Origin: an uncultured virus (IMG/VR IMGVR_UViG_3300025398_000930)
Lineage: Duplodnaviria > Heunggongvirae > Uroviricota > Caudoviricetes
Length of the DNA: 64,000 bases
IMG/VR virus record: IMGVR_UViG_3300025398_000930
Strand: one strand, 5' to 3'
The first letter of the stretch is position 1, and every line of letters starts with the position of its first letter. A program made the translations under genes and the position numbers. Below, piece by piece: positions 12,001 through 20,822 of this stretch. The notes below the pieces were generated by a model. The model saw only the letters and a program-made list of their open reading frames with translations. It searched no databases and was not told the origin of the DNA.

Positions 12001-12421
12001 TTCGTTATCAACTACAGGTGTAACAACTGAATCAACAGTATTTGAAACAACAACCAATACGGGTTCTGCTCCAACAGTTACAACCAACTTCGATGTATTA
12101 ACACAAGGTATACAATATTATACTTCTAACAATACTACAAATTGGGCAGTTAACGTACGCGGTAACAGCAGTACAACACTAAACAGCATATTGAATATCG
12201 GTCAGACAGTTACAATTGCAATGCTAACAACTAACGGCTCTGTAGCTTATTACTTGTCAGCTTGTCAAATTGACGGTACTACAACAGCTGCTAAGTGGCA
12301 GGGTGGTTCAGCTCCTTCGTCGGGTCATGCTAATTCGGTAGATGTATATACATTATCGATTACAAAGACAAGCAACACTCCATCATATACATTACTTGCT
12401 TCACAAGCACAATTCGCATAA
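9026..12421 (+). CDS. Long tail fibre protein with two long (G-X-S)n tracts
   Basis: 1131 aa; roughly 240- and 225-aa G-[YIWFQ]-S tracts; shares the TITYSNSF..GYLA.WTG..TLGNS module with 5980..8247; C-terminal KWQGGSAP..DVYT module. Confidence 0.75.
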   Translation: MAFYNVYNPIGVSGYSGTSGTSGYSGISGYSGISGYSGVSGYSGISGYSGWSGISGYSGYSGQSGFSGYSGISGWSGYSGISGYSGISGYSGISGYSGISGYSGYSGISGYSGISGYSGWSGISGYSGWSGISGYSGYSGYSGISGYSGISGYSGYSGYSGISGYSGISGYSGISGYSGWSGISGYSGYSGQSGYSGWSGISGYSGWSGISGFSGISGYSGISGYSGYSGYSGISGYSGYSGISGYSGISGWSGITGASIYGRTYYFNETSSDQSPYEALTLIPGGGTQNDDVVVVSTGNSSLASPVLIDGYLTPVGEPGLLEIPAGLWDIEFYRKVDSNSANFVFQVYTWVNATSSTGVLILSADSGAVTDTTATYQKIGYVTTNLTILSAADRILTKVYAYSTNSSSVSATFIYNGSTNYSVLRSPIGQGVSGASGYSGYSGFGLSGYSGISGYSGISGYSGYSGYSGISGYSGYSGQSGFSGYSGISGWSGYSGISGYSGISGYSGISGYSGYSGISGYSGISGYSGWSGISGYSGYSGYSGISGYSGYSGISGYSGISGYSGISGYSGYSGYSGISGYSGWSGISGYSGISGYSGISGYSGYSGQSGFSGISGWSGYSGSSGISGYSGISGYSGWSGISGYSGWSGYSGISGYSGTPATLQGTITYSNSFSAGQVIYKTNGGYALAQANSTSTVDAIGIIQSATSSQFTVIYNGYISGLTGLTDGAGYYLSDTVAGLLTTTAPTASGSIIKPMLIAIGSTAGLVVEYPGTQIGSTNNGTSGYLAYWTGPQTLGNSLITQTSTGIIVAGSLSATSISATNLYALNEYSVSAVNLSATSLVLPYNSDTITNRGILTVGTYTSAQSGQLATFAGADTTWSNVTLQNTNSGNTSYAAYIVANNGYNSYLEMGVNSTNYSYSAASYPNNSLSLANANWIESTGGDLAIATWGSNPIHFVVNGGTATNDSLTIGANGYVGVNTQTPNAYLTVNGSLSTTGVTTESTVFETTTNTGSAPTVTTNFDVLTQGIQYYTSNNTTNWAVNVRGNSSTTLNSILNIGQTVTIAMLTTNGSVAYYLSACQIDGTTTAAKWQGGSAPSSGHANSVDVYTLSITKTSNTPSYTLLASQAQFA
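9053..11002 (+). repeat. Coding 9-bp-period repeat (Gly-X-Ser triplets) in two tracts
   Basis: Degenerate GGN-(TAY/ATH/TGG)-(TCN/AGY) repeats at about 9053-9790 and 10320-11002; similar tracts in the two preceding fibre genes. Confidence 0.9.
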
Positions 12422-12446
12422 TAACACAAGTTATTATTACAAAATT

Positions 12447-12474
12447 AAAGCGCATAGAAATATGCGCTTTTTTT
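12447..12474 (+). terminator. Intrinsic terminator, possibly bidirectional
   Basis: AAAGCGCATA-GAAA-TATGCGCTTT followed by a T-run, between convergent genes. Confidence 0.85.
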
Positions 12475-12496
12475 ATGTTTAAAATTAAAATAAAAC

Positions 12497-14140
12497 CTAA
12501 CTATTTTTAATAGTATTAAATACTAACTGCTTTAGTTGTTCAGGTAAGCCTTGAGCTATACCAACACTAAAAGTTTTATAATCATTAGCACGAGCAGCTG
12601 CTCTTACTTTAGAAGCACTCATACCAGTAACACCTTCAGCGTCTGGATCTCTATCCCCGGAGCTTACAAATGTGTAATCAGGTATATTGTATGCAATATC
12701 CCCATGGGCGTCTGGTTTATTTACGTACTGTTTAATTAGACGTTCATATTCAGGTAAACGATCTGAACCAGCTATATGAATAACCCTATTATATCCGCTT
12801 TTACTTAAGTATCCAAGTACAGCAAATAGAGTCTTACCTTCTGGTAGTACTTGAACATTCTTAGGGGATATAGCTTGTAATACCTGTGCTTTAAGTTCAA
12901 AAGGTAATGGATTATCTTTATTAACTGTATGAGAAGGGAATATTGCTGTTAATTGAGCTTTATTTTGTGCACCTGTTTGAGATAGTGTTTGTAATAAAGC
13001 TTGATGTCCCATTGTTGGTGGGTTAAATCTACCATAAGTTATAACTGCTGTTTTAACTGGTCCGGTAGGTTCTTTTCTATAAGGACTTGCTGCTGCGTTT
13101 CTTACAAAAAAGTCTCCTGTTATTTTAAATTGTTTAATTGATACAGCCGGGTTGTTTATAACAACACCTTCTTGTTCAGAAGGTTTACCTAAATCAGAAT
13201 TCATTGCATCAAGTATTGCCTTACCGAGTAATCTTGTAGCGTGCCAAAACACAATACAGTTTGTAGCAACTGGTAAACTTTCTGGTGCAACTATACTGTT
13301 AATATCAACCCCGTTTTGTACTACATCTAAATATAGAGCTTGATTGATACCGGTTGCTGGTTTAGCGCCACCTAACCTCTTAATTACTTTATTAACCGGG
13401 TTAACAGCTGTACTTAACCATTGCTTTAATGTTTTAGTTTTACCGTTAATAGTTAATTCAGAACTTAATGCAGCATTAAAATCAGGCTTACCTGTCATTT
13501 TTGCTAATGTCTGATGTATAACGTTAAAACCAAATTCTTGTGCTACTACGTTTACTTTTTTAACGTATGCATTTAAAACATCTGTATTAAAAGGTAAATG
13601 CTCGCTACCATAACTCTTTGTACCTTTTTTAGCGCTAATTGTTTCTGTAATTTTAGCAGGGTAATGAATAGCTAAAAATTTATTATTATACCCTATTATA
13701 TTTGAAGTACCAGCTACATATTCGGTGTTAAAGAATATATTTGGATCATCATACAGACCCAATTCTTTTAATTCTTTTGTTGTTTGTGGTAGTGCTTTGT
13801 TAAAAATATTAAGCACTTGTTCATAAGATTTAATTGCACCTGGTGACTCTGCAAAACGAGTATTTAAATAAGATAAGGTAGCAGGAGGGCCTTCCATATC
13901 TATCTTTGCACCTCTATAAATAGCAAACTCTTTACCGTGTTCTGTATCTACTAACCGCACACTCACATTAGTGCCATCAATTTTAACTGGAGCACCTTTT
14001 AGTGCAAGATAGTCTGCAGATTTTTGGTACAAACCTAATAGATCTTTACCAGTTTTTATCTCGGGTAAATTAAGCGGATGAAGCATATGCCCACCTGCAC
14101 CACCTTCATTTAAGAGAAAATATTGTTTAAATGAAAGCAT
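12497..14140 (-). CDS. Fusion of an N-terminal ligase-like nucleotidyltransferase domain and a C-terminal cytidylyltransferase-like (HxGH class) domain
   Basis: N-terminal KIDG, EGVVI and FKITG motifs; C-terminal YGRFNPPTMGH, NPL, GSDR and RDPDAEGVTGMSASKVR typical of the T4-like phage cytidyltransferase family. Confidence 0.7.
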   Translation of the reverse strand: MLSFKQYFLLNEGGAGGHMLHPLNLPEIKTGKDLLGLYQKSADYLALKGAPVKIDGTNVSVRLVDTEHGKEFAIYRGAKIDMEGPPATLSYLNTRFAESPGAIKSYEQVLNIFNKALPQTTKELKELGLYDDPNIFFNTEYVAGTSNIIGYNNKFLAIHYPAKITETISAKKGTKSYGSEHLPFNTDVLNAYVKKVNVVAQEFGFNVIHQTLAKMTGKPDFNAALSSELTINGKTKTLKQWLSTAVNPVNKVIKRLGGAKPATGINQALYLDVVQNGVDINSIVAPESLPVATNCIVFWHATRLLGKAILDAMNSDLGKPSEQEGVVINNPAVSIKQFKITGDFFVRNAAASPYRKEPTGPVKTAVITYGRFNPPTMGHQALLQTLSQTGAQNKAQLTAIFPSHTVNKDNPLPFELKAQVLQAISPKNVQVLPEGKTLFAVLGYLSKSGYNRVIHIAGSDRLPEYERLIKQYVNKPDAHGDIAYNIPDYTFVSSGDRDPDAEGVTGMSASKVRAAARANDYKTFSVGIAQGLPEQLKQLVFNTIKNS

Positions 14141-14141
14141 A

Positions 14142-14534
14142 TCAATCTATTTTCTTTAAACCTAAAACTGATTTAGCTATATATTGAAATAATTGCTCTT
14201 TAGAAACTGTATCGGTTGCACCAAGCTTTGTAAACTTTTGCTGCCAAGCTTCTATATCTTTTGTAATTTTATTTAAAACCACTTCAAGTTCTTTTAAAGC
14301 TTCGTCTGTTTGTTTTTTCTCATTCGAAGTAACAGGATCAAACAAGCCAACAAGCTGAGAGCTTAATGCTGTGTTTGGTTGTAACGGATCTATTGCGCTT
14401 TCTTTTTCGTTATCTACTTCCTCTAAAGAATCTTCATAACCCACACCACCGTTAAAGCCACTTGCATCTGTCCAACTCTCTTTATACACATGTTGTATAT
14501 ATTTTTCGGATAATAATTTATATTCTTTGGACAT
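14142..14534 (-). CDS. Hypothetical protein, possible internal head protein
   Basis: 130-aa ORF with TAAGTA motif upstream and N-terminus KLLSEKY. Confidence 0.55.
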   Translation of the reverse strand: MSKEYKLLSEKYIQHVYKESWTDASGFNGGVGYEDSLEEVDNEKESAIDPLQPNTALSSQLVGLFDPVTSNEKKQTDEALKELEVVLNKITKDIEAWQQKFTKLGATDTVSKEQLFQYIAKSVLGLKKID

Positions 14535-14551
14535 ATCTTGTTAAATACTTA

Positions 14552-14579
14552 TGGACTTTCAGCAAAAATACACTATATT
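14552..14579 (+). promoter_or_regulatory. Sigma70-like promoter with 16-bp spacer
   Basis: TGGACT-N16-TATATT, ending 6 nt before ATG 14586. Confidence 0.4.
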
Positions 14580-14585
14580 AGTTTT

Positions 14586-15089
14586 ATGGGAATGTATGAC
14601 ACAATAACAGTAAAAGATAAGCTGCCTTGGACCGACGAAATGTGGGAAGAAGGATTGCCTAATAAATGTGCGTCATTTCAAGCTAAAGGCTTGATAGAAT
14701 GTTTAGCTAACTATAAAATCGAAAACGGTAGACTGTTATTGCAAGAATCCGAAAAGAAATGGACTGATCAAAACTACCACGGTAAGCTTAGTTTTTATGA
14801 TTATGCTCCAAATGATAAAATTGGTAATAATGATTGCTGGGTAGAGTTTGTTGCAACATTTACCAACGGTCAAGTAGATAAGATTGAAGTATCTAAATTT
14901 GAGAAAAACGATAACACTGAACGCATTGAAAAATGGAACCAAGTATTGTCGGAAATACTACACGAAAGAAAGCGCTGGATTAATAGATTCTTCTTCCACA
15001 CTAAACCAGTACGCTGGACACGTAGACGTATACACGAAGTTTTGTACTATATTGGAGACTTTTTTACAAGGCTAAGTTATAAGTTTTAA
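14586..15089 (+). CDS. Hypothetical protein
   Basis: ORF with probable start MGMYDTI at 14586. Confidence 0.65.
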   Translation: MGMYDTITVKDKLPWTDEMWEEGLPNKCASFQAKGLIECLANYKIENGRLLLQESEKKWTDQNYHGKLSFYDYAPNDKIGNNDCWVEFVATFTNGQVDKIEVSKFEKNDNTERIEKWNQVLSEILHERKRWINRFFFHTKPVRWTRRRIHEVLYYIGDFFTRLSYKF

Positions 15090-15105
15090 GTAAGTAATAA
15101 CTTAC

Positions 15106-16167
15106 ATGGAAAACCTAACGTTTGAGTTTCATAATGAGCTTAACCCGCTGTTGTGGGAAAATGGCAAGCTAAAGCCAGAAATTCAAGACAAGCTTTTGGA
15201 AATTGCTCAAGCGTTTTTAGACACAATTGATATTGATGTTGATGTAGAAGATGTTACTCTAACTGGTTCATTAGCAAACTATAACTACACAAAGTATAGT
15301 GACTTTGATTTACATATTATAACAGATTATACCGATTATAAGGTTGATACTGAACTACTTAAGGATTATTTTAACGCTAAAAAAACTGTTTGGAATACAA
15401 CACGTGATATTACTATAAAGGGTTACGATGTAGAGGTTTATATACAAGATATAAACGAGCCTCATCATTCAACCGGGGTGTATTCTCTTAAAAACGACGA
15501 ATGGATAAAAAAACCAAGCGCAACTAAAGAAAAGGCAGAGATAGATCTTTCCCTTGTCGGTAAAAAGAAACAGGCAATGTTGGATATGATTAATTTTGCT
15601 TTAAGTGATGACTGTGATGTAGAGTGTGCTGAAAAAGCTAAAGAAAAGTTTATGGAGCTTAGAAAGGCAGGTTTAGACAAAGGTGGAGAGTTTTCACCGG
15701 AAAATCTTGCTTTTAAAGAGTTACGTAGATCTGGAGATGTTGAAAGACTTGTTCAAGGTATACTTGCAAAGAAAGATAAACAATTATCACTGGATAGTGT
15801 ACAAAGATTACAAGAAAAGAATTTTAAGTCGTTTATGAGTGTCTTTAATAAGCGTGGACCTCGCCACCGTCAGCTCAAAGCTGGATTGTCAAGTTTAGGT
15901 AAGATAGGTACAGATAAAGTTAAAAGTATTGGCATGGTTGCACAGATGCATAAAATAAACAAAAATGATACCGTACCTGTACACAACCTAAAAAAGAAAG
16001 AACTTGGTAGTGGGCCTATTACTAACGATGTTGCACAAAATATTATTGCTCAATACAACTTGGATATAAATAAAATTAAATCCGGGCAACCTCGCAAACT
16101 CAGTACAAGTAATATAGAAATAGGGTTTGATTCACAGAATAATGTGTTTTATTTGCGTAAGTATTAA
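15106..16167 (+). CDS. Pol-beta superfamily nucleotidyltransferase
   Basis: hGS..DhD signature TGSLANYNYTKYSDFDLH with a third acidic residue in DVEVY; GEFSPENLAFK motif. Confidence 0.8.
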   Translation: MENLTFEFHNELNPLLWENGKLKPEIQDKLLEIAQAFLDTIDIDVDVEDVTLTGSLANYNYTKYSDFDLHIITDYTDYKVDTELLKDYFNAKKTVWNTTRDITIKGYDVEVYIQDINEPHHSTGVYSLKNDEWIKKPSATKEKAEIDLSLVGKKKQAMLDMINFALSDDCDVECAEKAKEKFMELRKAGLDKGGEFSPENLAFKELRRSGDVERLVQGILAKKDKQLSLDSVQRLQEKNFKSFMSVFNKRGPRHRQLKAGLSSLGKIGTDKVKSIGMVAQMHKINKNDTVPVHNLKKKELGSGPITNDVAQNIIAQYNLDINKIKSGQPRKLSTSNIEIGFDSQNNVFYLRKY

Positions 16168-16171
16168 TCTT

Positions 16172-17200
16172 ATGCCTGACATTAAAATTTTAGCAGAAAA
16201 ATACGAACAAGTACACACAACACCAAGCGCAGAGCAGCTAATTGAGAGCATCACAGCAACTGAGTTGCTTGAGTGCTTTAATGAACTCGCTAAGACAGAC
16301 GAAGAGAGTGTATTAGTATCTTTTAGTCACGCTATCGGTGCACGTTCACGTGGTGTATCAATGGTACAAGAAAGCGTAAAGTACGAAGATGATCAGGAAC
16401 TTAAGCTTGCGATACTTGCTCTCGAAAAAGTATTAACTCATTTTGACGAATCAAAAGACGAAGATTATTGCGTAATGTTCGAAACATTTGCACGCGGTAA
16501 AAAAGAAATTGAAGATGAAGATGTAAACCCAAATGGGGATCCTGCTGATATTGCAGGTGCAAATTCTACTTACCCATTGGCTGGTTTGCAGCAAAAGAAG
16601 CCTGGTTTTTTCAGTAAATTAGGCGCGGGTATTAAAAAATATGCAGGCAAAGCAGCAAGTGCTGTAGGTAAAGGTTTAGCTGCAGCTCCAGGCGCTATTG
16701 CTAAAGGCGCAGCTGCCACAGGCAAATATGTAGGTCAAACAGTTGGTGGTGCAGTAGGTGGTTTAGCAGGTGGTTTAGTTGGTGGTGCAAAAAATGCTTA
16801 CACTAATGCTCGTGATACTGCACCATATGGTGCTACTGCAACTGGTGGCGCAGATAAAGCCGCTCCAGCAGCAGCAACTCCTGATGCTCAACCAGCAGCT
16901 CCAGCCGCTGCTACTCCAGCAGCTCCAGCCGCTTCAGATGCTCAAGCAAAAGTTGGCGTTGGACAAATTAACAAAATTGTTGGTACCTTACGCGCAAGAG
17001 ATTTAGAAAGTATTAAGAAAAATATTGAACAACGTTTAGCAGCTTTAGCAGCAAAACGCGCTCCAAAAACACCTATTGCGAACGCAACAACTCCGGCAGC
17101 TGGAGCGGTTCAACCAGCAGCTGGTGCTACAAATGTAGCTGCTGAAGAGAGTGTTATTAAAGAATTCTACATTAGCAATAACAAACACTTCCGTAAGTAA
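16172..17200 (+). CDS. Ala/Gly-rich hypothetical protein, possible virion internal protein
   Basis: Probable start MPDIKILAEKY after a TAAGTA motif; glycine-zipper-like GGAVGGLAGGLVGG segment and A/P-rich linkers. Confidence 0.6.
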   Translation: MPDIKILAEKYEQVHTTPSAEQLIESITATELLECFNELAKTDEESVLVSFSHAIGARSRGVSMVQESVKYEDDQELKLAILALEKVLTHFDESKDEDYCVMFETFARGKKEIEDEDVNPNGDPADIAGANSTYPLAGLQQKKPGFFSKLGAGIKKYAGKAASAVGKGLAAAPGAIAKGAAATGKYVGQTVGGAVGGLAGGLVGGAKNAYTNARDTAPYGATATGGADKAAPAAATPDAQPAAPAAATPAAPAASDAQAKVGVGQINKIVGTLRARDLESIKKNIEQRLAALAAKRAPKTPIANATTPAAGAVQPAAGATNVAAEESVIKEFYISNNKHFRK

Positions 17201-17207
17201 GTGTTAG

Positions 17208-17795
17208 ATGAGTGTAGACTCTATACAGCAATCAATTCTTAATAAAAATAGGAAAGACAAGTTTCTACTTGTCTTAAGCTTGCCACCTATACTTAAGACT
17301 GTTAACAAGACTACTCTTGCTGAGCGTTCAGTTAATTTTCTGAGTTTAGACTCTTTGCAATATTCTATATATGGTACAGTAGTTCCAGAAACATCTGTAC
17401 CTGAAGTAGATCTATTATATTCCGGACAAACTGCCAAATTTACAAGCTATACAAGATCCGCTTATAAATCCATTACTGTTAACTTTACAGTAGATAACGA
17501 ATTTAATAATTGGTGGGTATTATGGTATTGGTTAAACGTCATAAACGATAGCCAAGAGAGTAGTTATAATTATGACGGATTAGTGAATCCTGATAAATTT
17601 ACAAACTTAAATAACTACCAAACAAACATTACTGTATATGGATTGGATGAATTTAATAACCAAAAAATACAGTGGGATTATACAAAAGCTTTTATAACTA
17701 ATTTGGGCGATATAAACTATAATTACAGGGATGGAGATCAAATAGAATCTTCTTTTACATTCGCTTTTAGCCAGTTAAATACTCAATTACTTTAA
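17208..17795 (+). CDS. Tail tube terminator/completion protein (T4 gp3-like)
   Basis: ITVNFTVDNEFNNW..LWYWL motif and tube-fold pattern, immediately before the sheath gene. Confidence 0.7.
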   Translation: MSVDSIQQSILNKNRKDKFLLVLSLPPILKTVNKTTLAERSVNFLSLDSLQYSIYGTVVPETSVPEVDLLYSGQTAKFTSYTRSAYKSITVNFTVDNEFNNWWVLWYWLNVINDSQESSYNYDGLVNPDKFTNLNNYQTNITVYGLDEFNNQKIQWDYTKAFITNLGDINYNYRDGDQIESSFTFAFSQLNTQLL

Positions 17796-17851
17796 TAAAG
17801 ACTGAGTTTTAGTGTTAAAATATCATAAATAATAGTAGAAACTTTACTATT

Positions 17852-20206
17852 ATGGCATCAACACGCACTATCCAATCTCCGGGTGTAGAAATTCGCGAAA
17901 TCGATCTTTCTACGAGAGCAGTAACACCTGTCGGTACTAACGTATTAGTTACCGGCTTTGCTCCACAAGGACCGACATACGAAATTGTTGAACTTGCTTC
18001 TTTAAGCGATTTCCAAACTGTTTTCGGTACACCGACAAACGCAGCAGAACGTTATTTTTATTATTCAGTAAGTCAACTATTTACAGCTGGTGGCAATCCA
18101 ACAGTTAAAGCTATTCGTTTACCTTATGGTACAGGTACAGGAGAAGGTACTTCAAGTAATTATAGTGCATTAGCATTCCCAGTATTGCCAATTCCTTCAG
18201 GTTCATTCGGTTCATTATCAGCTGCATTTGTTGCAGGTAATATACCTTATCAAACAGCTGCAGGTTACTATATCGGTGAACCAGCACTTGTTGCATTAAC
18301 ATCTGATCAATATACTTCTATTAGTCAAGGTGGTATTCCTTGGACATTAAGTGGTGGTAATGGTGGTACTTCCAGCTTCGTTACATCTGGTGCACAAGCA
18401 GTTAATAACCTTGGCGCTGCAGGTATTGTTGTTATCAATACATCGAAGGCTACAATTAATGAAAACTTTCAAGGCTTCTATTTAAATATTGGTGATTCTT
18501 GGAGCAACAATCCTTCCTCAGCGTATGATGATGCAGTAAACGTTTATTCTATCGGTGCTTCATACTTTGTAGATGCACAGGTATGTACAGATTCACTATA
18601 CACAATCGTACCTCCATCACGTATCGGTTTTACAATAACCGCTCCTGCTACAGCGAGTGTTACAAGTCTTTCCCACGACATTGAAAACATTCCTACATAT
18701 AATATTGCAGCTTCCGGTTATGGTGATAGTGCAATTATTTCACTATTTAAATTACGTCCTTCACCATTCTCAGTTAATACAAATCAACTACAATATGTAT
18801 TAACAGAAGGTTATGCAGGTTCATTCTATGCAAACCGTACAATTCAAGACGTCAATGGCGGTACACCTCAATCAAGCTACCTAAGAACGGTTATTAATAA
18901 TGCTTCGAACAATATTGAAGTACATATTAACCCTAACATTTCTTCATATGTAAATTGGTTAGACAATAATGGTAACTCAACAAAACAAGTCAGAGTATAC
19001 AAGTATGCTACTGGTACAGACGGTGATCCATTCTATACTACAGCTTCTTCATATCTTGCAATAAAGAACAGCACATTCTTACCTGCTAACAATCTTTATG
19101 CATTAGGTACATATGCAAATAGTTTACCGCAAAATAGCGCTAAAGCAATTGGTTCTGTAGCACAAAAACTACAATACGCTCTTAACGCTGCTGAAAACCC
19201 AGAAGTAGTTGATATTGACATTACTATTGATGCTGGTCTATCTACAATCTCAGCTGTACAAAGCCTATCAAGTGCTACATTACAGTATGATGATACAGCA
19301 ATGACTACTGATATAACAAATGCACTTGCTGCTTTACAAGAATCAGACGGTGGCACAAACTTTGTAACACCATTCGTAACTGGATGGCAAACAATTACGA
19401 ATATGTTTGAGCAGTTTGCAAGTCAGGTACGTAAAGATCACTACTTTATTTCTGATCCAATACGCCATATTTTTGTTACAGGTTCAAACTATAAGACTCT
19501 CAGTAACAAGAACAACAACTTCTCGCAAAACATTTACTGGCCACTACGTAACCTTTATAGTAGCATTAATTCAAGTTATGCTACTTCATACGGTAACTGG
19601 GTATTAGCTCAAGACATTTACACTTCTCGTAGCGTGTGGTTACCGTTTTCGGGCTATGCAGCAGCAATGACTACAGCAAGCGATGCAAACAATTACATTT
19701 GGACTGCTCCAGCTGGTTTAAATCGTGGTATCATTACTGGTATTAGCGATATTGCTATTAACCCACAACAAAAACAACGCGATCTACTTTACAAGATTTC
19801 TATTAATCCTTTAGTATTCTTCCCTAATGAAGGCTACACAGTATGGGGACAAAAGACCTTGTTAAAGGCTCCAAGCGCATTCGATCGTATTAATGTACGT
19901 CGTTTATTCCTCTACTTAGAAAAAGCTACTAACCAAACGATGCAGTTCTTCGTATTCGAACCTAACACTACCTTCACACAAAGTAGAGTTGTTAATACGT
20001 TAACGCCATTGTTTGAATTAGCTCGTAACACTCAAGGTTTATACGATTACTTGCTCGTTTGTAACTCAACTAACAACACTCCTGCTGTAGTTGACGACAA
20101 CACATTGGTAGTAGACATTTATATCAAGCCAGTTAGAACAGCTGAGTTCATCTTAGTAAACTTCTACGCAACTAAGACATCTCAAAACTTCAACGAGCTT
20201 CTATAA
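17852..20206 (+). CDS. Tail sheath protein (gp18-like)
   Basis: SPGVEIREIDL start, WTAPAGLNRG, WGQKTL, FDRINVRRLF, FEPN and IYIKPVRTAEFI. Confidence 0.97.
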   Translation: MASTRTIQSPGVEIREIDLSTRAVTPVGTNVLVTGFAPQGPTYEIVELASLSDFQTVFGTPTNAAERYFYYSVSQLFTAGGNPTVKAIRLPYGTGTGEGTSSNYSALAFPVLPIPSGSFGSLSAAFVAGNIPYQTAAGYYIGEPALVALTSDQYTSISQGGIPWTLSGGNGGTSSFVTSGAQAVNNLGAAGIVVINTSKATINENFQGFYLNIGDSWSNNPSSAYDDAVNVYSIGASYFVDAQVCTDSLYTIVPPSRIGFTITAPATASVTSLSHDIENIPTYNIAASGYGDSAIISLFKLRPSPFSVNTNQLQYVLTEGYAGSFYANRTIQDVNGGTPQSSYLRTVINNASNNIEVHINPNISSYVNWLDNNGNSTKQVRVYKYATGTDGDPFYTTASSYLAIKNSTFLPANNLYALGTYANSLPQNSAKAIGSVAQKLQYALNAAENPEVVDIDITIDAGLSTISAVQSLSSATLQYDDTAMTTDITNALAALQESDGGTNFVTPFVTGWQTITNMFEQFASQVRKDHYFISDPIRHIFVTGSNYKTLSNKNNNFSQNIYWPLRNLYSSINSSYATSYGNWVLAQDIYTSRSVWLPFSGYAAAMTTASDANNYIWTAPAGLNRGIITGISDIAINPQQKQRDLLYKISINPLVFFPNEGYTVWGQKTLLKAPSAFDRINVRRLFLYLEKATNQTMQFFVFEPNTTFTQSRVVNTLTPLFELARNTQGLYDYLLVCNSTNNTPAVVDDNTLVVDIYIKPVRTAEFILVNFYATKTSQNFNELL

Positions 20207-20226
20207 TATAACACCTAAGTAAATTT

Positions 20227-20751
20227 ATGGCACAGACAATACAAGACTTCTACAGAGTAGCACAAGAGCGCGGATTTGCACGTGATTTCATGATGCGAGT
20301 TCGCTCTATTGGCCAAGACACGTTTACCGAAGACGATTTTGTTTACATTACAACAAAACAACTTCCAGATCGCCAAATTAGCAATCAAAAAGTACCATAC
20401 ATGGGACTAAACTTCAATGTACCTGGTACTGTTGATTATACTGGTTCAGATGGTTGGGAAGTAAAATTCTACAACGATCTTAAAGGCGTTATTCGTAAAA
20501 AACTTGAAGACTGGCAAATCAATGGCGTGTTTAATGACGCAACAAGCACAGGAGATCTTTCATTACGTGGTACAGATAAAGTTATACAACTTGATCTAAT
20601 TGATGAAAGTCAAAACGTTCTCAACACTTATAAGCTTTACGGTGTATATATTGTAAACTTAGGTGCTGTTACAGGATATGATAATTCGGGTGCAGGTAAG
20701 CCTTTAGACTTTACTGCTAAATTAGCATACCAGTATTGGAGACATGTTTAA
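20227..20751 (+). CDS. Tail tube protein (gp19-like)
   Basis: Follows sheath; LP..VPYMG..PG..W.VKFYND..LEDW..FTAKLAYQYW pattern; followed by a terminator. Confidence 0.85.
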   Translation: MAQTIQDFYRVAQERGFARDFMMRVRSIGQDTFTEDDFVYITTKQLPDRQISNQKVPYMGLNFNVPGTVDYTGSDGWEVKFYNDLKGVIRKKLEDWQINGVFNDATSTGDLSLRGTDKVIQLDLIDESQNVLNTYKLYGVYIVNLGAVTGYDNSGAGKPLDFTAKLAYQYWRHV

Positions 20752-20769
20752 TAGTTAAAGTTTTAATTC

Positions 20770-20798
20770 AAAGCCCTGTTAAAAGCAGGGCTTTTTTT
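20770..20798 (+). terminator. Intrinsic terminator
   Basis: AAAGCCCTG..CAGGGCTTT hairpin followed by a T-run. Confidence 0.85.
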
Positions 20799-20822
20799 AT
20801 GTTCATACATTAAGTATTATAG

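Noticed and set aside
3934..12421. Diversity-generating retroelement acting on fibre genes
   Set aside because: No reverse transcriptase and no template/variable repeat pair differing only at adenines was seen; shared fibre modules differ at all base types.
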